Part shown: positions 54,971 to 64,000 of the stretch, one piece after another
Layout: the number at the start of each line of letters is the position of its first letter
Position numbering within the stretch: the first letter of the stretch is position 1
Assembly: GCA_963522145.1 (NCBI GenBank)
Contig: CAUQXI010000016.1
Span: forward strand, 3,569 to 67,568
Source of the DNA: an uncultured Mesorhizobium sp.
GTDB lineage: Bacteria; Pseudomonadota; Alphaproteobacteria; Rhizobiales; Rhizobiaceae
DNA: 64,000 bases
Reading direction: 5' to 3'
Notes under the pieces: generated by a model
Told to the model about the DNA's origin: nothing
What the model saw: the letters and a program-made list of their open reading frames with translations, nothing else
Databases searched by the model: none
Program-made: the position numbers and the translations under genes

Positions 54971-55207
54971 CGCCGATCCCACCTTTGAAGCCGATCAGCA
55001 TCATTCGCGCGAACGGCGGTGGCGACTATCGCAAGACAGCCGTGGTCTCGACACTGTAAGGGTAGAGGCGCGTCGAAGGCGGAGCAAGCCCGAACTAGTT
55101 GTCTGATCAACGGGATGCGAGGTTTTCCTTGCCCTCTTCAACCGGCGGGTGCATGGCTGGTTGTCAGACTCGCCTGCTTCCTCGGTAGGCGTCCAAGGCT
55201 CCAGACG

Positions 55208-55918
55208 ATGCTGGCACCCAAACGCTTGAGTGATTTAAACACCGAAACATCCATCGTGGACGAGGCGATCGTTTCGCGGCGCTCTGTTCGTGCCTTTCTG
55301 CCGGATCCGGTCGATGAGGATATGATCCGAGACATCCTCGATGTTGCGGCGCGCGCGCCGTCGGGCACGAATATGCAGCCCTGGCGCGTTTATGTTCTTA
55401 CAGGCGCGACCAAGGAAGCGGTGGGCCGGGCGATCCTGAACTCCGGTATTCGCGCCGAGAAGGCCGAGTGGGACGAGTATAAATATTATCCCGACCAGTT
55501 CTTCGAGCCCTATCTCACTCGCCGCCGTAACGTTGGCTTCGGTCTCTACTCGGCGCTCGGCATCGGGCGCCGGGAGGTGGAGCGGATGCGCGCACAGCAC
55601 GACCGCAACTTCGTGTTCTTCGATGCGCCCGTGGGCTTCATCTTCACGATCGACCGCAGGCTGAACCAGGGCTCTTGGATCGACTATGGCATGTTCCTCG
55701 AGAACATCATGATCGCCGCGCGAGCGAGGGGGTTGCACACTTGTCCCCAGGCTGCGTTCGCGCCGTACCACCGCCAGATCAGGCCCGTGCTCGGCCTGAG
55801 CGAGGAGGAACTTGTCGTATGCGGCATGGCGCTGGGCTTCGAGGATGCCACGAAGCCGGAAAATCAGTTCAAAACGGAGCGCGCGTCGCTCGACGCGTGG
55901 ACGACCTTCCTGAAATAA
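55208..55918 (+). CDS. Nitroreductase family protein
   Basis: SRRSVRAF, APSGTN.QPW, FFDAP, D.GMF, ARGL.TCPQ. Confidence 0.9.
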   Translation: MLAPKRLSDLNTETSIVDEAIVSRRSVRAFLPDPVDEDMIRDILDVAARAPSGTNMQPWRVYVLTGATKEAVGRAILNSGIRAEKAEWDEYKYYPDQFFEPYLTRRRNVGFGLYSALGIGRREVERMRAQHDRNFVFFDAPVGFIFTIDRRLNQGSWIDYGMFLENIMIAARARGLHTCPQAAFAPYHRQIRPVLGLSEEELVVCGMALGFEDATKPENQFKTERASLDAWTTFLK

Positions 55919-55947
55919 GCCGCGTCATGTCTACGATCAGCCGTCGT

Positions 55948-56766
55948 TCAGCCGACGAAAGCCAGCAGGTCGGCGTTGAGCCTGTCACGCGCGGTATGGA
56001 AGAGGCCGTGCGGCTCGCCCTTGTAGATTTTCAACTCCGCATCGGGCACGAGCTTCGCGGCCTTCTGGCCAGATTTCTCCAGCGGAACGGTCTGGTCTGA
56101 ATCGCCGTGGATGATCAGCGTCGGCACGTTGATCGTGGGCAGGTCCGCGCGGAAGTCCGTTTCTGAAAAGGCGCGGACGCAGTCGATCGTAGCCTTGGGC
56201 GAAGCCAGCATACCAGCGCTTCGCGCCCATTCCAGAATTTCGTTGCTGACCGAGAAGTTGAGCAGGCCCGCACCGAAGAAGGCTTTGTTGAAGGAGGCAA
56301 GAAAGCCGGGTCGGTCGTTTTCCAAGCCCTCGACGATGCCGTCGAAGGTCGATCGGTCGACGCCGTCGGGGTTGTCGTCGGTCTTGAGGAGGAAGGGCGT
56401 GACGGCCGAAACCAGCACCGCCTTCGACACGCGTTCTCCGCCGAAACGGCTGAAGTAGCGCGCGACCTCACCGCCACCCATGGAGAAGCCCACCAGCGTG
56501 GCGTCGTGGATGTCGAGCCCATCGAGCACCGCCTTCAGGTCGGCGGCAAAGGTGTCGTAGTCATAGCCGTTCCACGGTTGCGAGGAGCGACCGAAGCCGC
56601 GCCGGTCATAGGCGATTACGCGGCATCCGTTGCGCGCCAGAAAGAGCGCCTGGTGCTCCCACATGTCGGCATCGAGCGGCCAGCCGTGGATCAGAACCAC
56701 CGGCTTTCCCGAGCCCCAGTCCTGGTAAAAGAGGTCGACGTTTCCGGCGGACTGGATCATGGGCAT
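55948..56766 (-). CDS. Alpha/beta hydrolase, non-heme haloperoxidase-like
   Basis: HGWPL, YDRRGFGRS, GFSMGG, HGDSDQ.VP, PHG. Confidence 0.9.
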   Translation of the reverse strand: MPMIQSAGNVDLFYQDWGSGKPVVLIHGWPLDADMWEHQALFLARNGCRVIAYDRRGFGRSSQPWNGYDYDTFAADLKAVLDGLDIHDATLVGFSMGGGEVARYFSRFGGERVSKAVLVSAVTPFLLKTDDNPDGVDRSTFDGIVEGLENDRPGFLASFNKAFFGAGLLNFSVSNEILEWARSAGMLASPKATIDCVRAFSETDFRADLPTINVPTLIIHGDSDQTVPLEKSGQKAAKLVPDAELKIYKGEPHGLFHTARDRLNADLLAFVG

Positions 56767-56796
56767 GAATCGGCTCCTGAAGATCGAAGCTCGGTA

Positions 56797-56821
56797 AACC
56801 CTTCAGCAGAATGGCGGTTCC
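56797..56821 (-). promoter_or_regulatory. EcfG-type promoter of the hydrolase gene
   Basis: GGAAC-cgccattctgctgaag(16)-GGTT on the minus strand. Confidence 0.6.
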
Positions 56822-56900
56822 GCCTGTGTCCGACGCTCATCCGAGCCAGTCTTGCGGCGAGGTCGTCGCGACTCTATCACGGCGCATCCCGGAATCCGTC

Positions 56901-59321
56901 ATGCTTCGCTTTTTTCACCTTCTGCTTTCGGCGGCGTTTCTGCTGCTTTTTGCTGCCACTTCCGTGCAGGCGCAGGATCCTGCGGCGGCGCAGCCGAGCC
57001 TTGTCGATACCCAGCAGGTCGCGATCGAGGAACTTGCCGCCCGCGCCGATGGGCTTGCCAAGGCGGTGGACGAGGCGCGCAATGACGACGCACGGCTCGT
57101 GGATATCCGGCTTGAACTGGACGATCTGAGCCGCGCGGCGATCGAGAGCGGCGTTGCGTTCCGTCCACGGCTCAACGAGATCAATGATCGCCTGACGCAG
57201 CTTGGACCGGCGCCAGCCGAGGGCCAGCCCGCCGAGCCCGAGATTGTCGCGCAGGAACGCCGGTCGCTCGGCGCCGAGAAGGCCGCGATCAATGCGGTGA
57301 TCGGCCAGGCGGAGCAGCTTTCCATTCGCATCGGCGCAGCGGGCGACAGCATCGTCATGCTTCGACGCGACCTGTTCGCTCACCTTCTGACGCGACGCTA
57401 CACGATCGATTATGCGCTGCTGGGCGAGTTCGCATCGGGCTTCAGTGGCGAGATGGCGGGAACCTGGCGCTCCGTGTCATCGTGGATGAGCTTTGTCGTT
57501 CAGTTCAAGCTCCGGTCGGTTCTGGCAGCCTGCTTCTTCGCGCTGGGCGCGGCCGCGATCCTGCTGTTCGGCGGACGGCGGGTGCTGGGGCGTTTGTACA
57601 GACCCGACGAGACACTGTTCGAGCCTTCGGCGCTGAGCCGGCTGTCTGTCGCATTCTGGGCGACCATCCTGCCCTCGATGGCATTCAACGTGTTTCTGGG
57701 CGCGACCTGGTTCCTGTTCGATTACTTCCAGGTCTTGCGGGGTGACATGGGCGCGCTTCTGCGCGCGCTCTTCCAGGTTCTGGCGATCGTCTACTTTGTG
57801 CATCGTCTGGGCAGCATGGCGCTTTCGCCGCGCCTGCCGCAATGGCGGCTGATCGCGGTTGAAAGCCACGCGGCCACTTTGCTGGTCGTGCTCGTTTCGG
57901 TCATGGCGCTGGTGACCGGCCTCGACTACTTTTTGAGCGCAATCTTTTCGCTGCGCGGGGCGCCGGTTCTGCTGACCGTAGGCGAGAGCCTGGTGGCCTC
58001 GGTCCTCACCGGCATCTTGGTGATCCTGGTCGCGCGGGTGAAGCCGTTTGCCGGCCCCGACGGCGGGGCTCAGCCCTGGCCAGCCTGGTTCCGTGGCTTA
58101 CTCTATGCGCTCGGCGTGCTGACGGTTGTTCCGGCGCTGATGGGCTATGTCGGTTTCGCGCGCTTCAACTCGCGGCAGGTGGTGGTCACCGGCGCTGCAC
58201 TGGTCACCATGGGCATCGGCTTCCTGTCCGCGCGCGCCGTGGCGGAGGAGGGCGCGCTTGCGGCGACGCGCATCGGCCGCGGGCTTAAGCGGCGGCTGAA
58301 ACTGTCCGAAGCCGCACTCGACCAGTTGGCGCTCGTCTTCAGCGTCACCATCAACCTGCTCGTTCTCTTGATCGGCGTGCCCACGATCCTGTTGCAATGG
58401 GGCTTTCAGCCTGGCGATCTGCGCGTCTGGGCGGGCAATGCGCTGTCCGGCTTCACGATCGGGACGTTCCACTTCTCGCCCGTCGGCGTTCTCTCCGGGG
58501 TCCTGCTCTTTGCTGTCGGCTATGCGCTGACCCGCTGGTTTCAGCGGTGGCTCGACGGCTCGGTGCTGGCGCGCGGACGCGTCGATGCAGGCGTCCGCAA
58601 CTCCATCCGGCTCGTGGTGGGTTATGCCGGCTATGCGATCGCCGGCTTGATCGGGATTTCGGCTGCGGGCATCAACCTGTCGAGCCTCGCCCTCGTCGCC
58701 GGCGCGCTGTCTCTCGGCATCGGCTTCGGCCTGCAGAACATCGTCAGCAATTTCGTGTCTGGCCTGATCCTCCTTGTCGAGCGGCCTTTCAAGGTGGGCG
58801 ACTGGATCGTGGCGGGTGCGGTGACGGGCACGGTCAAGAAGATCAGCGTGCGGGCGACCGAGATCGAGACCTTCCAGCGGCAAACGATGATCCTGCCCAA
58901 TTCGGAGCTCATCAACAGCGCTGTCGGCAACTGGACGCACCGCAACAAGCTCGGCCGTGTCGACGTGAAGGTGAACCTGGCCTACGGCATGGATGCGCGG
59001 GCAGCGCATGACGCGATGCTGGACGTGGCCCGTGGTCACCCGCTGGTGCTGAAGAACCCCGAGCCGCAGGCTATCTTCCTGAACTTCGGGCCTGCAGCGC
59101 TGGAGATGGAGCTGCGCGTCTTCCTGGCGGACATCCTCACCCAGAACACGGTTCAGAACGATCTGCGCTTTGCGATCCTTGAAACCTTCAACCGTCTGGG
59201 TCTTGAGATGGCGTCCGCGCCGCGCGCCGTGGTGGAGCTGCATCGATCCGTGGAAGCGGTGACGAACCCCCCGGAGAAAAACGAGGGAAGCGAGATGGCG
59301 CCGCACGGCCGAGGCACTTGA
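56901..59321 (+). CDS. Large MscS-family mechanosensitive channel (MscK-like, periplasmic N-terminal domain)
   Basis: Signal peptide, helical periplasmic domain, many TMs, GALSLGIGFGLQNIVSNFVSG..ERPFKVGD. Confidence 0.92.
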   Translation: MLRFFHLLLSAAFLLLFAATSVQAQDPAAAQPSLVDTQQVAIEELAARADGLAKAVDEARNDDARLVDIRLELDDLSRAAIESGVAFRPRLNEINDRLTQLGPAPAEGQPAEPEIVAQERRSLGAEKAAINAVIGQAEQLSIRIGAAGDSIVMLRRDLFAHLLTRRYTIDYALLGEFASGFSGEMAGTWRSVSSWMSFVVQFKLRSVLAACFFALGAAAILLFGGRRVLGRLYRPDETLFEPSALSRLSVAFWATILPSMAFNVFLGATWFLFDYFQVLRGDMGALLRALFQVLAIVYFVHRLGSMALSPRLPQWRLIAVESHAATLLVVLVSVMALVTGLDYFLSAIFSLRGAPVLLTVGESLVASVLTGILVILVARVKPFAGPDGGAQPWPAWFRGLLYALGVLTVVPALMGYVGFARFNSRQVVVTGAALVTMGIGFLSARAVAEEGALAATRIGRGLKRRLKLSEAALDQLALVFSVTINLLVLLIGVPTILLQWGFQPGDLRVWAGNALSGFTIGTFHFSPVGVLSGVLLFAVGYALTRWFQRWLDGSVLARGRVDAGVRNSIRLVVGYAGYAIAGLIGISAAGINLSSLALVAGALSLGIGFGLQNIVSNFVSGLILLVERPFKVGDWIVAGAVTGTVKKISVRATEIETFQRQTMILPNSELINSAVGNWTHRNKLGRVDVKVNLAYGMDARAAHDAMLDVARGHPLVLKNPEPQAIFLNFGPAALEMELRVFLADILTQNTVQNDLRFAILETFNRLGLEMASAPRAVVELHRSVEAVTNPPEKNEGSEMAPHGRGT

Positions 59322-59436
59322 AGCGGGGACAACGGCCTATTCAGATGGCGTTCAGCCGCATCGCGCTATAGCCTCTCTCCTGAGGTTGAGCATGGAAACT
59401 CGGCCCTTCAATGAGGAGCGGTGCTTTTACCGGACG

Positions 59437-59703
59437 ATGATGCTGCGGATGATAGTTGTGCTTGGCTCAATGACGGTTTCCGTCCTGCCGGGACTGGCCG
59501 CGAGCGCGGTGAATCTGGACAGCGAAACGCGCACCCTTGTGGTGACCGAGGGCGGTGCCCAGACCGAGCTGACGCTTGGCGCCGGTGAAAGCGTTGAATT
59601 CTGCTCCGGTGGCTGTTTCGTCACCCTGCCGAACGGCGACCGCGAGGCGCTGACCGGCGGCGAGACGATCGAGATCTCCGGCGGCGCCGGCCGCATCAAG
59701 TAA
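59437..59703 (+). CDS. Small exported hypothetical protein
   Basis: Signal peptide, N.D, C..GC motif; 88 aa. Confidence 0.7.
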   Translation: MMLRMIVVLGSMTVSVLPGLAASAVNLDSETRTLVVTEGGAQTELTLGAGESVEFCSGGCFVTLPNGDREALTGGETIEISGGAGRIK

Positions 59704-59841
59704 GAACGTCGCGGCGCATTCCCGCCATGTCGCAAACAGGCATCATCTGTGGGATGCGGCCGGAATAATCTTGTTGCGATGATTTCAGTTCGAGGGCGGC
59801 GGGCTGCCGCCCTTCTTCGCGTCGAGGGAAGTACCGGCTCA

Positions 59842-62355
59842 ATGAAGGATCAGGCGCGCGCGGTGGTGATCGGCGGCGGCGTGGTGGGTGTCTCGACACT
59901 CTACCATCTCGCCAAGAAGGGTTGGTCCGACAGCGTGCTGATCGAGCGCAAGGAGCTGACATCGGGCTCGACGTGGCACGCGGCCGGCCTGCTTCCGCTC
60001 TTCAACATGAGCTACTCGGTCGGCCAGATCCATAAATATTCCGTCAGGCTCTATCGCGAGCTTGAAGCGGAAACAGGGCTCAATCCCGGCTTTTCCAACG
60101 TCACCAATATTCGCTTGGCGCGCACGAAGGACCGCTGGGACGAGTACATGTATTATGCTGGCGTCGCTGAGACGATCGGCGTTCCGGTCAATATCCTGAC
60201 GCCCGAGCAGGTGAAGGAGATCTGGCCGCTCTGCGACACGACCGGCATTCTCGGCGCGCTCCAGCATTCCGAGGACGGCTATATTCAGCCCGCCGATCTC
60301 ACCCAGGCGCTTGCGAAGGGCGCACGCGATCGAGGCGCGACGATCCACCGGAATACCACCGTCACGGCGATCGAGGCGCAGGCGGACGGCAAGTGGCTGG
60401 TGAAGACGGACAAGGGCGACATTCTCGCCGAGCACGTCATTTCCTGCAGCGGCAATTTCGCGCGCAAGACCGGCGCCATGGTCGGCCTCGACGTGCCGGT
60501 GATCCCCGTCGAGCATCAGTATATCGTCACAGAGCCGCATCCGGCCATTCTGGAGCGCAGGAAGCAGGGCCTGCCCGAAATGGGCGTTCTGCGTGAGAGC
60601 GACTCGTCCTGGTACATGCGCGAAGAGAATGGCGGCCTGCTGCTCGGCCCTTATGAGAAGGGTGCGCCGGTCTGCTACGTGGACGCCCCATCGGACGACA
60701 GCGAGTATGAGCTGTTCCAGGAGGAACTCGAGCGGCTCGAACCGCATATCGAGGCAGCCATCGCGCGGGTGCCTGCCTTCGGCGAGGTCGGGATCAAGAA
60801 GGTCTATAACGGCGCCATCGCCTATACGCCGGACGGCTCGCCCATCATCGGGCCTGCGCCGGGCCTGAAAAACTTCTGGCTGAACGAAGGGCACTCTTTC
60901 GGCGTGACGGCGGCGGGCGGCGCGGGCTGGCAGCTGGCCGAGTGGATCGTGGACGGCGAGCCCACCATCGACATGATGGGTGTCGATCCCCGCCGCTTCG
61001 GACCCTACGCGACCGAAGGCTACCTCATCGCCAAGAACGAGGAGGCTTACGCCAACGTCTTCACCATGCACTATCCGGATGAAGAGCGTTCAGCCGCCCG
61101 GCCGCTCAAGACCACGCCTTGCTACGACCGGATGAAGAAGCTCGGAGCCGTGTTCGGTTCGGTTTACGGCTGGGAGCGTCCGAACTGGTTCGCGCCGCAA
61201 GGCTATTCCGTTCCGCAGGAAGAACTCGGCGTCGGCGCTGATGTGCTGACGGCAGAGAACCACGCGCCCGCGCTTGAGGATGGTCGGATCGTCGAGAAGT
61301 GGAGCTTCCGCCGCTCAAACTATTTCGAGCATATCGGCAATGAGGTTCGGAACGTCACCGAGAATGTCGGCCTTCAGGACATGTCGGCTTTCGCCAAATG
61401 CACCGTCACCGGGGTTGGCGCCGAAGCCTGGCTCGACAGCATTCTGGCCAACCGCATTCCGAAGAAGATCGGCCGCATAGCGCTCACCCATCTGCTTACG
61501 CGGCACGGTGGCGTGCGGGCGGAATTCACCGTCTACAAGACCGGACCACAAAGCTACTACCTCGTCTCGGCCGGTGCCTATGAGGCCCACGATCACGACT
61601 GCCTGCGCAAGCTGCTGCCCGCTGACGGCAGCGTGCGGATGACGCCGATCACCACGCAGTGGGGCGTGCTCGTGCTGGCGGGACCCAACAGCCGCAAGGT
61701 TTTGTCGAAGCTTACGCGCACGAGCCTGGAAAACGCCGATTTCCCCTGGCTTTCGGGCAAACCGATCAGCGTCGGCACGGCAACCGCGCATGCGCTGCGC
61801 GTCAACTTTGTCGGTGAGCTCGGCTGGGAGCTGCACCACCCGATAGAGCAGCAGAATTATATCTTCGATCAGCTGATGGAAGCTGGCGCCGAGTTCGGCA
61901 TCAAGCCGTTCGGCATCCGGGCGATGACGGCGATGGCGATCGAGAAGAGCTATCGCCTGATCCCGCGCGAGCTTTCCATTGAATATTCCGCATGGGAAAG
62001 CGGGCTCGACCGCTTCGTTCATCCTAACAAAGGCGAGTTCATCGGCCGGGATGCGTTGGTGCAACTGCGCAAGGAGGGGCCGCGCTGGAGCTTCGTCACG
62101 ACCGAGGTTCACGGCATCAAGGATGTGGATGCGCGCGGGTCGGAGGCGATCCACAAGGATGGCAGGCTGATCGGCCGCGTCACGCATGGCGGCTTCGGGT
62201 GGCGAACGGGCAAGAGCTTGGCGCTTGCGATGGTGCAGCCTGACTCCGCTGCGGAGGGAACGGAGGTCGAGATCAAAATCCTCCGCGACAGCTACAAGGC
62301 GACCGTGATCGGCGAGAGCCCGTTCGACGGGGAGAACAACGCGCTGAGGGCCTGA
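59842..62355 (+). CDS. GcvT-family FAD oxidoreductase, dimethylglycine/sarcosine dehydrogenase-like
   Basis: IGGGVVG, SGSTWHAAG, YTPDG.P..G, GWERP.WF, GELGWELH; DAO plus GcvT domains. Confidence 0.9.
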   Translation: MKDQARAVVIGGGVVGVSTLYHLAKKGWSDSVLIERKELTSGSTWHAAGLLPLFNMSYSVGQIHKYSVRLYRELEAETGLNPGFSNVTNIRLARTKDRWDEYMYYAGVAETIGVPVNILTPEQVKEIWPLCDTTGILGALQHSEDGYIQPADLTQALAKGARDRGATIHRNTTVTAIEAQADGKWLVKTDKGDILAEHVISCSGNFARKTGAMVGLDVPVIPVEHQYIVTEPHPAILERRKQGLPEMGVLRESDSSWYMREENGGLLLGPYEKGAPVCYVDAPSDDSEYELFQEELERLEPHIEAAIARVPAFGEVGIKKVYNGAIAYTPDGSPIIGPAPGLKNFWLNEGHSFGVTAAGGAGWQLAEWIVDGEPTIDMMGVDPRRFGPYATEGYLIAKNEEAYANVFTMHYPDEERSAARPLKTTPCYDRMKKLGAVFGSVYGWERPNWFAPQGYSVPQEELGVGADVLTAENHAPALEDGRIVEKWSFRRSNYFEHIGNEVRNVTENVGLQDMSAFAKCTVTGVGAEAWLDSILANRIPKKIGRIALTHLLTRHGGVRAEFTVYKTGPQSYYLVSAGAYEAHDHDCLRKLLPADGSVRMTPITTQWGVLVLAGPNSRKVLSKLTRTSLENADFPWLSGKPISVGTATAHALRVNFVGELGWELHHPIEQQNYIFDQLMEAGAEFGIKPFGIRAMTAMAIEKSYRLIPRELSIEYSAWESGLDRFVHPNKGEFIGRDALVQLRKEGPRWSFVTTEVHGIKDVDARGSEAIHKDGRLIGRVTHGGFGWRTGKSLALAMVQPDSAAEGTEVEIKILRDSYKATVIGESPFDGENNALRA

Positions 62356-62456
62356 CGCCAAGCGTAGTGCGCCCGCTCGCGTGTGCGGGCATTGTTGACG
62401 GAAAGGTGAATGTCAGGGCCTTTGCAAGGGAGGGTATGCGGCTCACTCTTCCACGC

Positions 62457-63263
62457 ATGCGAAAGCTGCTTCTTGCCTGTTGCGCTTTCTTGTCTGCCGT
62501 CGGCCCGGTGCGAGCGGCGGAGAAGGTCGACGTGGAGCTGGTACTCGCGGTCGACGTATCTCTTTCGATGTCGCCGCAGGAACTGGATATCCAGCGCCGG
62601 GGCTATGCCGCGGCACTGACCGACGCTCAGGTTCTTGGCGCGGTCGCGAGCGGCTATCACGGCAGGATCGCCGTGACCTATTTCGAGTGGGCCGGAGCGA
62701 GTTCCCATCATGTGGTCGTACCGTGGACGGTGCTGGCAACGCGTGACGATGCCGCGCGGATCGCGGCGCGGCTTTCCGCATCGCCTCCCAACAGCGCGCG
62801 CCGCACGTCGATCTCGGCAGCGCTGGATTTCGCAGCGGACCTGTTCGCCGAAAGCGGCTTCGAAGGCGTCAAGCACGTGGTGGATGTGTCCGGCGACGGG
62901 CCGAACAATCAGGGCGCGCCGGTGGAGGCCGCACGCGCGGCCCTGATCGCGCAGGGCGTCACCATCAACGGCCTGCCGCTGATGACAACCGGCGGCTATG
63001 CGTCACCCTACGACGTGCAAAATCTCGATCGCTATTATGCTGATTGCGTGATCGGCGGGCCGGGCGCGTTCATAATGCCGGTCAATGACTGGTCGCAGTT
63101 TCCGGAGGCGATCCGGCGCAAGCTGGTGATGGAACTGGCGGGCGTGGTGCCGGAGAAAGAGGGCAAACAGCCGATCCTGCTTGCAGCGGCGGTCCCAACT
63201 TCCGATTGCCTGGTGGGCGAGAAGATGTGGCGCAATCGATCGTGGCAGTGGGACGCGCGCTGA
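62457..63263 (+). CDS. DUF1194 exported vWA-like protein
   Basis: Signal peptide, LVLAVDVSLS (MIDAS-like), DVSGDGPNN, VIGGPGAF, AIRRKL. Confidence 0.85.
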   Translation: MRKLLLACCAFLSAVGPVRAAEKVDVELVLAVDVSLSMSPQELDIQRRGYAAALTDAQVLGAVASGYHGRIAVTYFEWAGASSHHVVVPWTVLATRDDAARIAARLSASPPNSARRTSISAALDFAADLFAESGFEGVKHVVDVSGDGPNNQGAPVEAARAALIAQGVTINGLPLMTTGGYASPYDVQNLDRYYADCVIGGPGAFIMPVNDWSQFPEAIRRKLVMELAGVVPEKEGKQPILLAAAVPTSDCLVGEKMWRNRSWQWDAR

Positions 63264-63273
63264 GACGCTCGCG

Positions 63274-63999
63274 TCACGCCGCGAGAAGTTGCTTCCGGTC
63301 GACGCGTTCCTGCTGGGGTGAACGCTCGTAGAGCTCGCGATAGCATTTGGAAAAATGCGAGGCGGATACGAATCCGCAGGCCACCGCCACTTCCACCACC
63401 GGCATCGCCGACTGGATGAGAAGGTGGCGGGCGCGGTCGAGGCGAATTTCGAGATAATAGCGCGCGGGCGAGCGGCCCATCTCGTGGCGGAAAAGGCGCT
63501 CGATCTGCCTGCGGGACAGGTCAACGCGATCCGCGATCTCGATCAGCGACAGCGGTTCTGCCAGATTGGCTTCCATCAGTTCGATGATGTTCAGAACCTT
63601 GGCATTCTGGACGCCGAGGCGCGCGCGCAGAGGCAGCCGCTGGCGGTCGGTCGGGCTCCGGACACGATCGGTCAGCACCTGCTCGCAGATCCGGTTGACC
63701 AGCGCTTCGTCGAAGTCGTCTCCGATCAGCTTCAGCATCATGTCGAGCGCGGCCGTGCCGCCGGCGCAGGTGTAGATGTTGCTGTCGACCTCGAAGAGAT
63801 CGGCAAAGACATTCGCCTTGGGGAAGGCTTCGGCGAAGCCTGGCAGGTTCTCCCAGTGGATCGCGCAGCGCTTGTTTGACAGGAGACCGGCGGAAGCCAG
63901 CACATAGGAACCCGTGCACAGGCCGCCGATCGCCACGCCGCGATTATACTCCTCTCGCAGCCAGGCGAATGCCGACTTGCTGTTGTAGGATTCCACATT
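63274..63999 (-). CDS. GlxA-family AraC regulator (5'-partial)
   Basis: GLCTG..VLA.AGLL, IHWE, TCAGG; AraC HTHs LSRRQIERLF and ACGFVSASHFSKCYR. Confidence 0.92.
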   Translation of the reverse strand, partial: NVESYNSKSAFAWLREEYNRGVAIGGLCTGSYVLASAGLLSNKRCAIHWENLPGFAEAFPKANVFADLFEVDSNIYTCAGGTAALDMMLKLIGDDFDEALVNRICEQVLTDRVRSPTDRQRLPLRARLGVQNAKVLNIIELMEANLAEPLSLIEIADRVDLSRRQIERLFRHEMGRSPARYYLEIRLDRARHLLIQSAMPVVEVAVACGFVSASHFSKCYRELYERSPQQERVDRKQLLAA

Positions 64000-64000
64000 C

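Overview
A 64-kb, GC-rich stretch of core chromosome from an alphaproteobacterium. Gene order and protein sequences point to Rhizobiales, probably Phyllobacteriaceae/Mesorhizobium-like; this placement is inferred. Gene order: bamD-recN-ligA, azlCD, pepP-prmA-sco, creA, a BON/SWFGD protein, uvrD, an FAD-linked oxidase, asmA, sspB, a two-piece permuted tmRNA, thyA-folA-hflKC-degP, serB/miaA, a GGDEF protein, a HerA-like ATPase, ilvIH with a leader-peptide attenuator, a recD-like helicase, kup, tetR-ilvC, BA14K, EEP-Nudix, tRNA-Lys(CTT), a stress-gene cluster (SDR, HTH protein, mntH, catalase-like, TPP enzyme, haloperoxidase-like), mscS, a dimethylglycine dehydrogenase-like gene and a GlxA-type regulator. 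I saw no integrase, transposase, phage gene, CRISPR array or clear defence island. The most interesting signals are small-scale. (1) An uncharacterised HTH protein has a LexA-type box upstream and a C-terminal beta-clamp-type motif. (2) Six EcfG-like promoters define a dispersed general-stress regulon, including a divergent catalase/TPP-enzyme pair and a low-complexity BON protein. (3) A 48-codon, hairpin-rich in-frame insertion sits inside uvrD. (4) A TCA-N8-TCA repeat recurs before three exported-protein genes. All motif calls were made by eye and are unverified.
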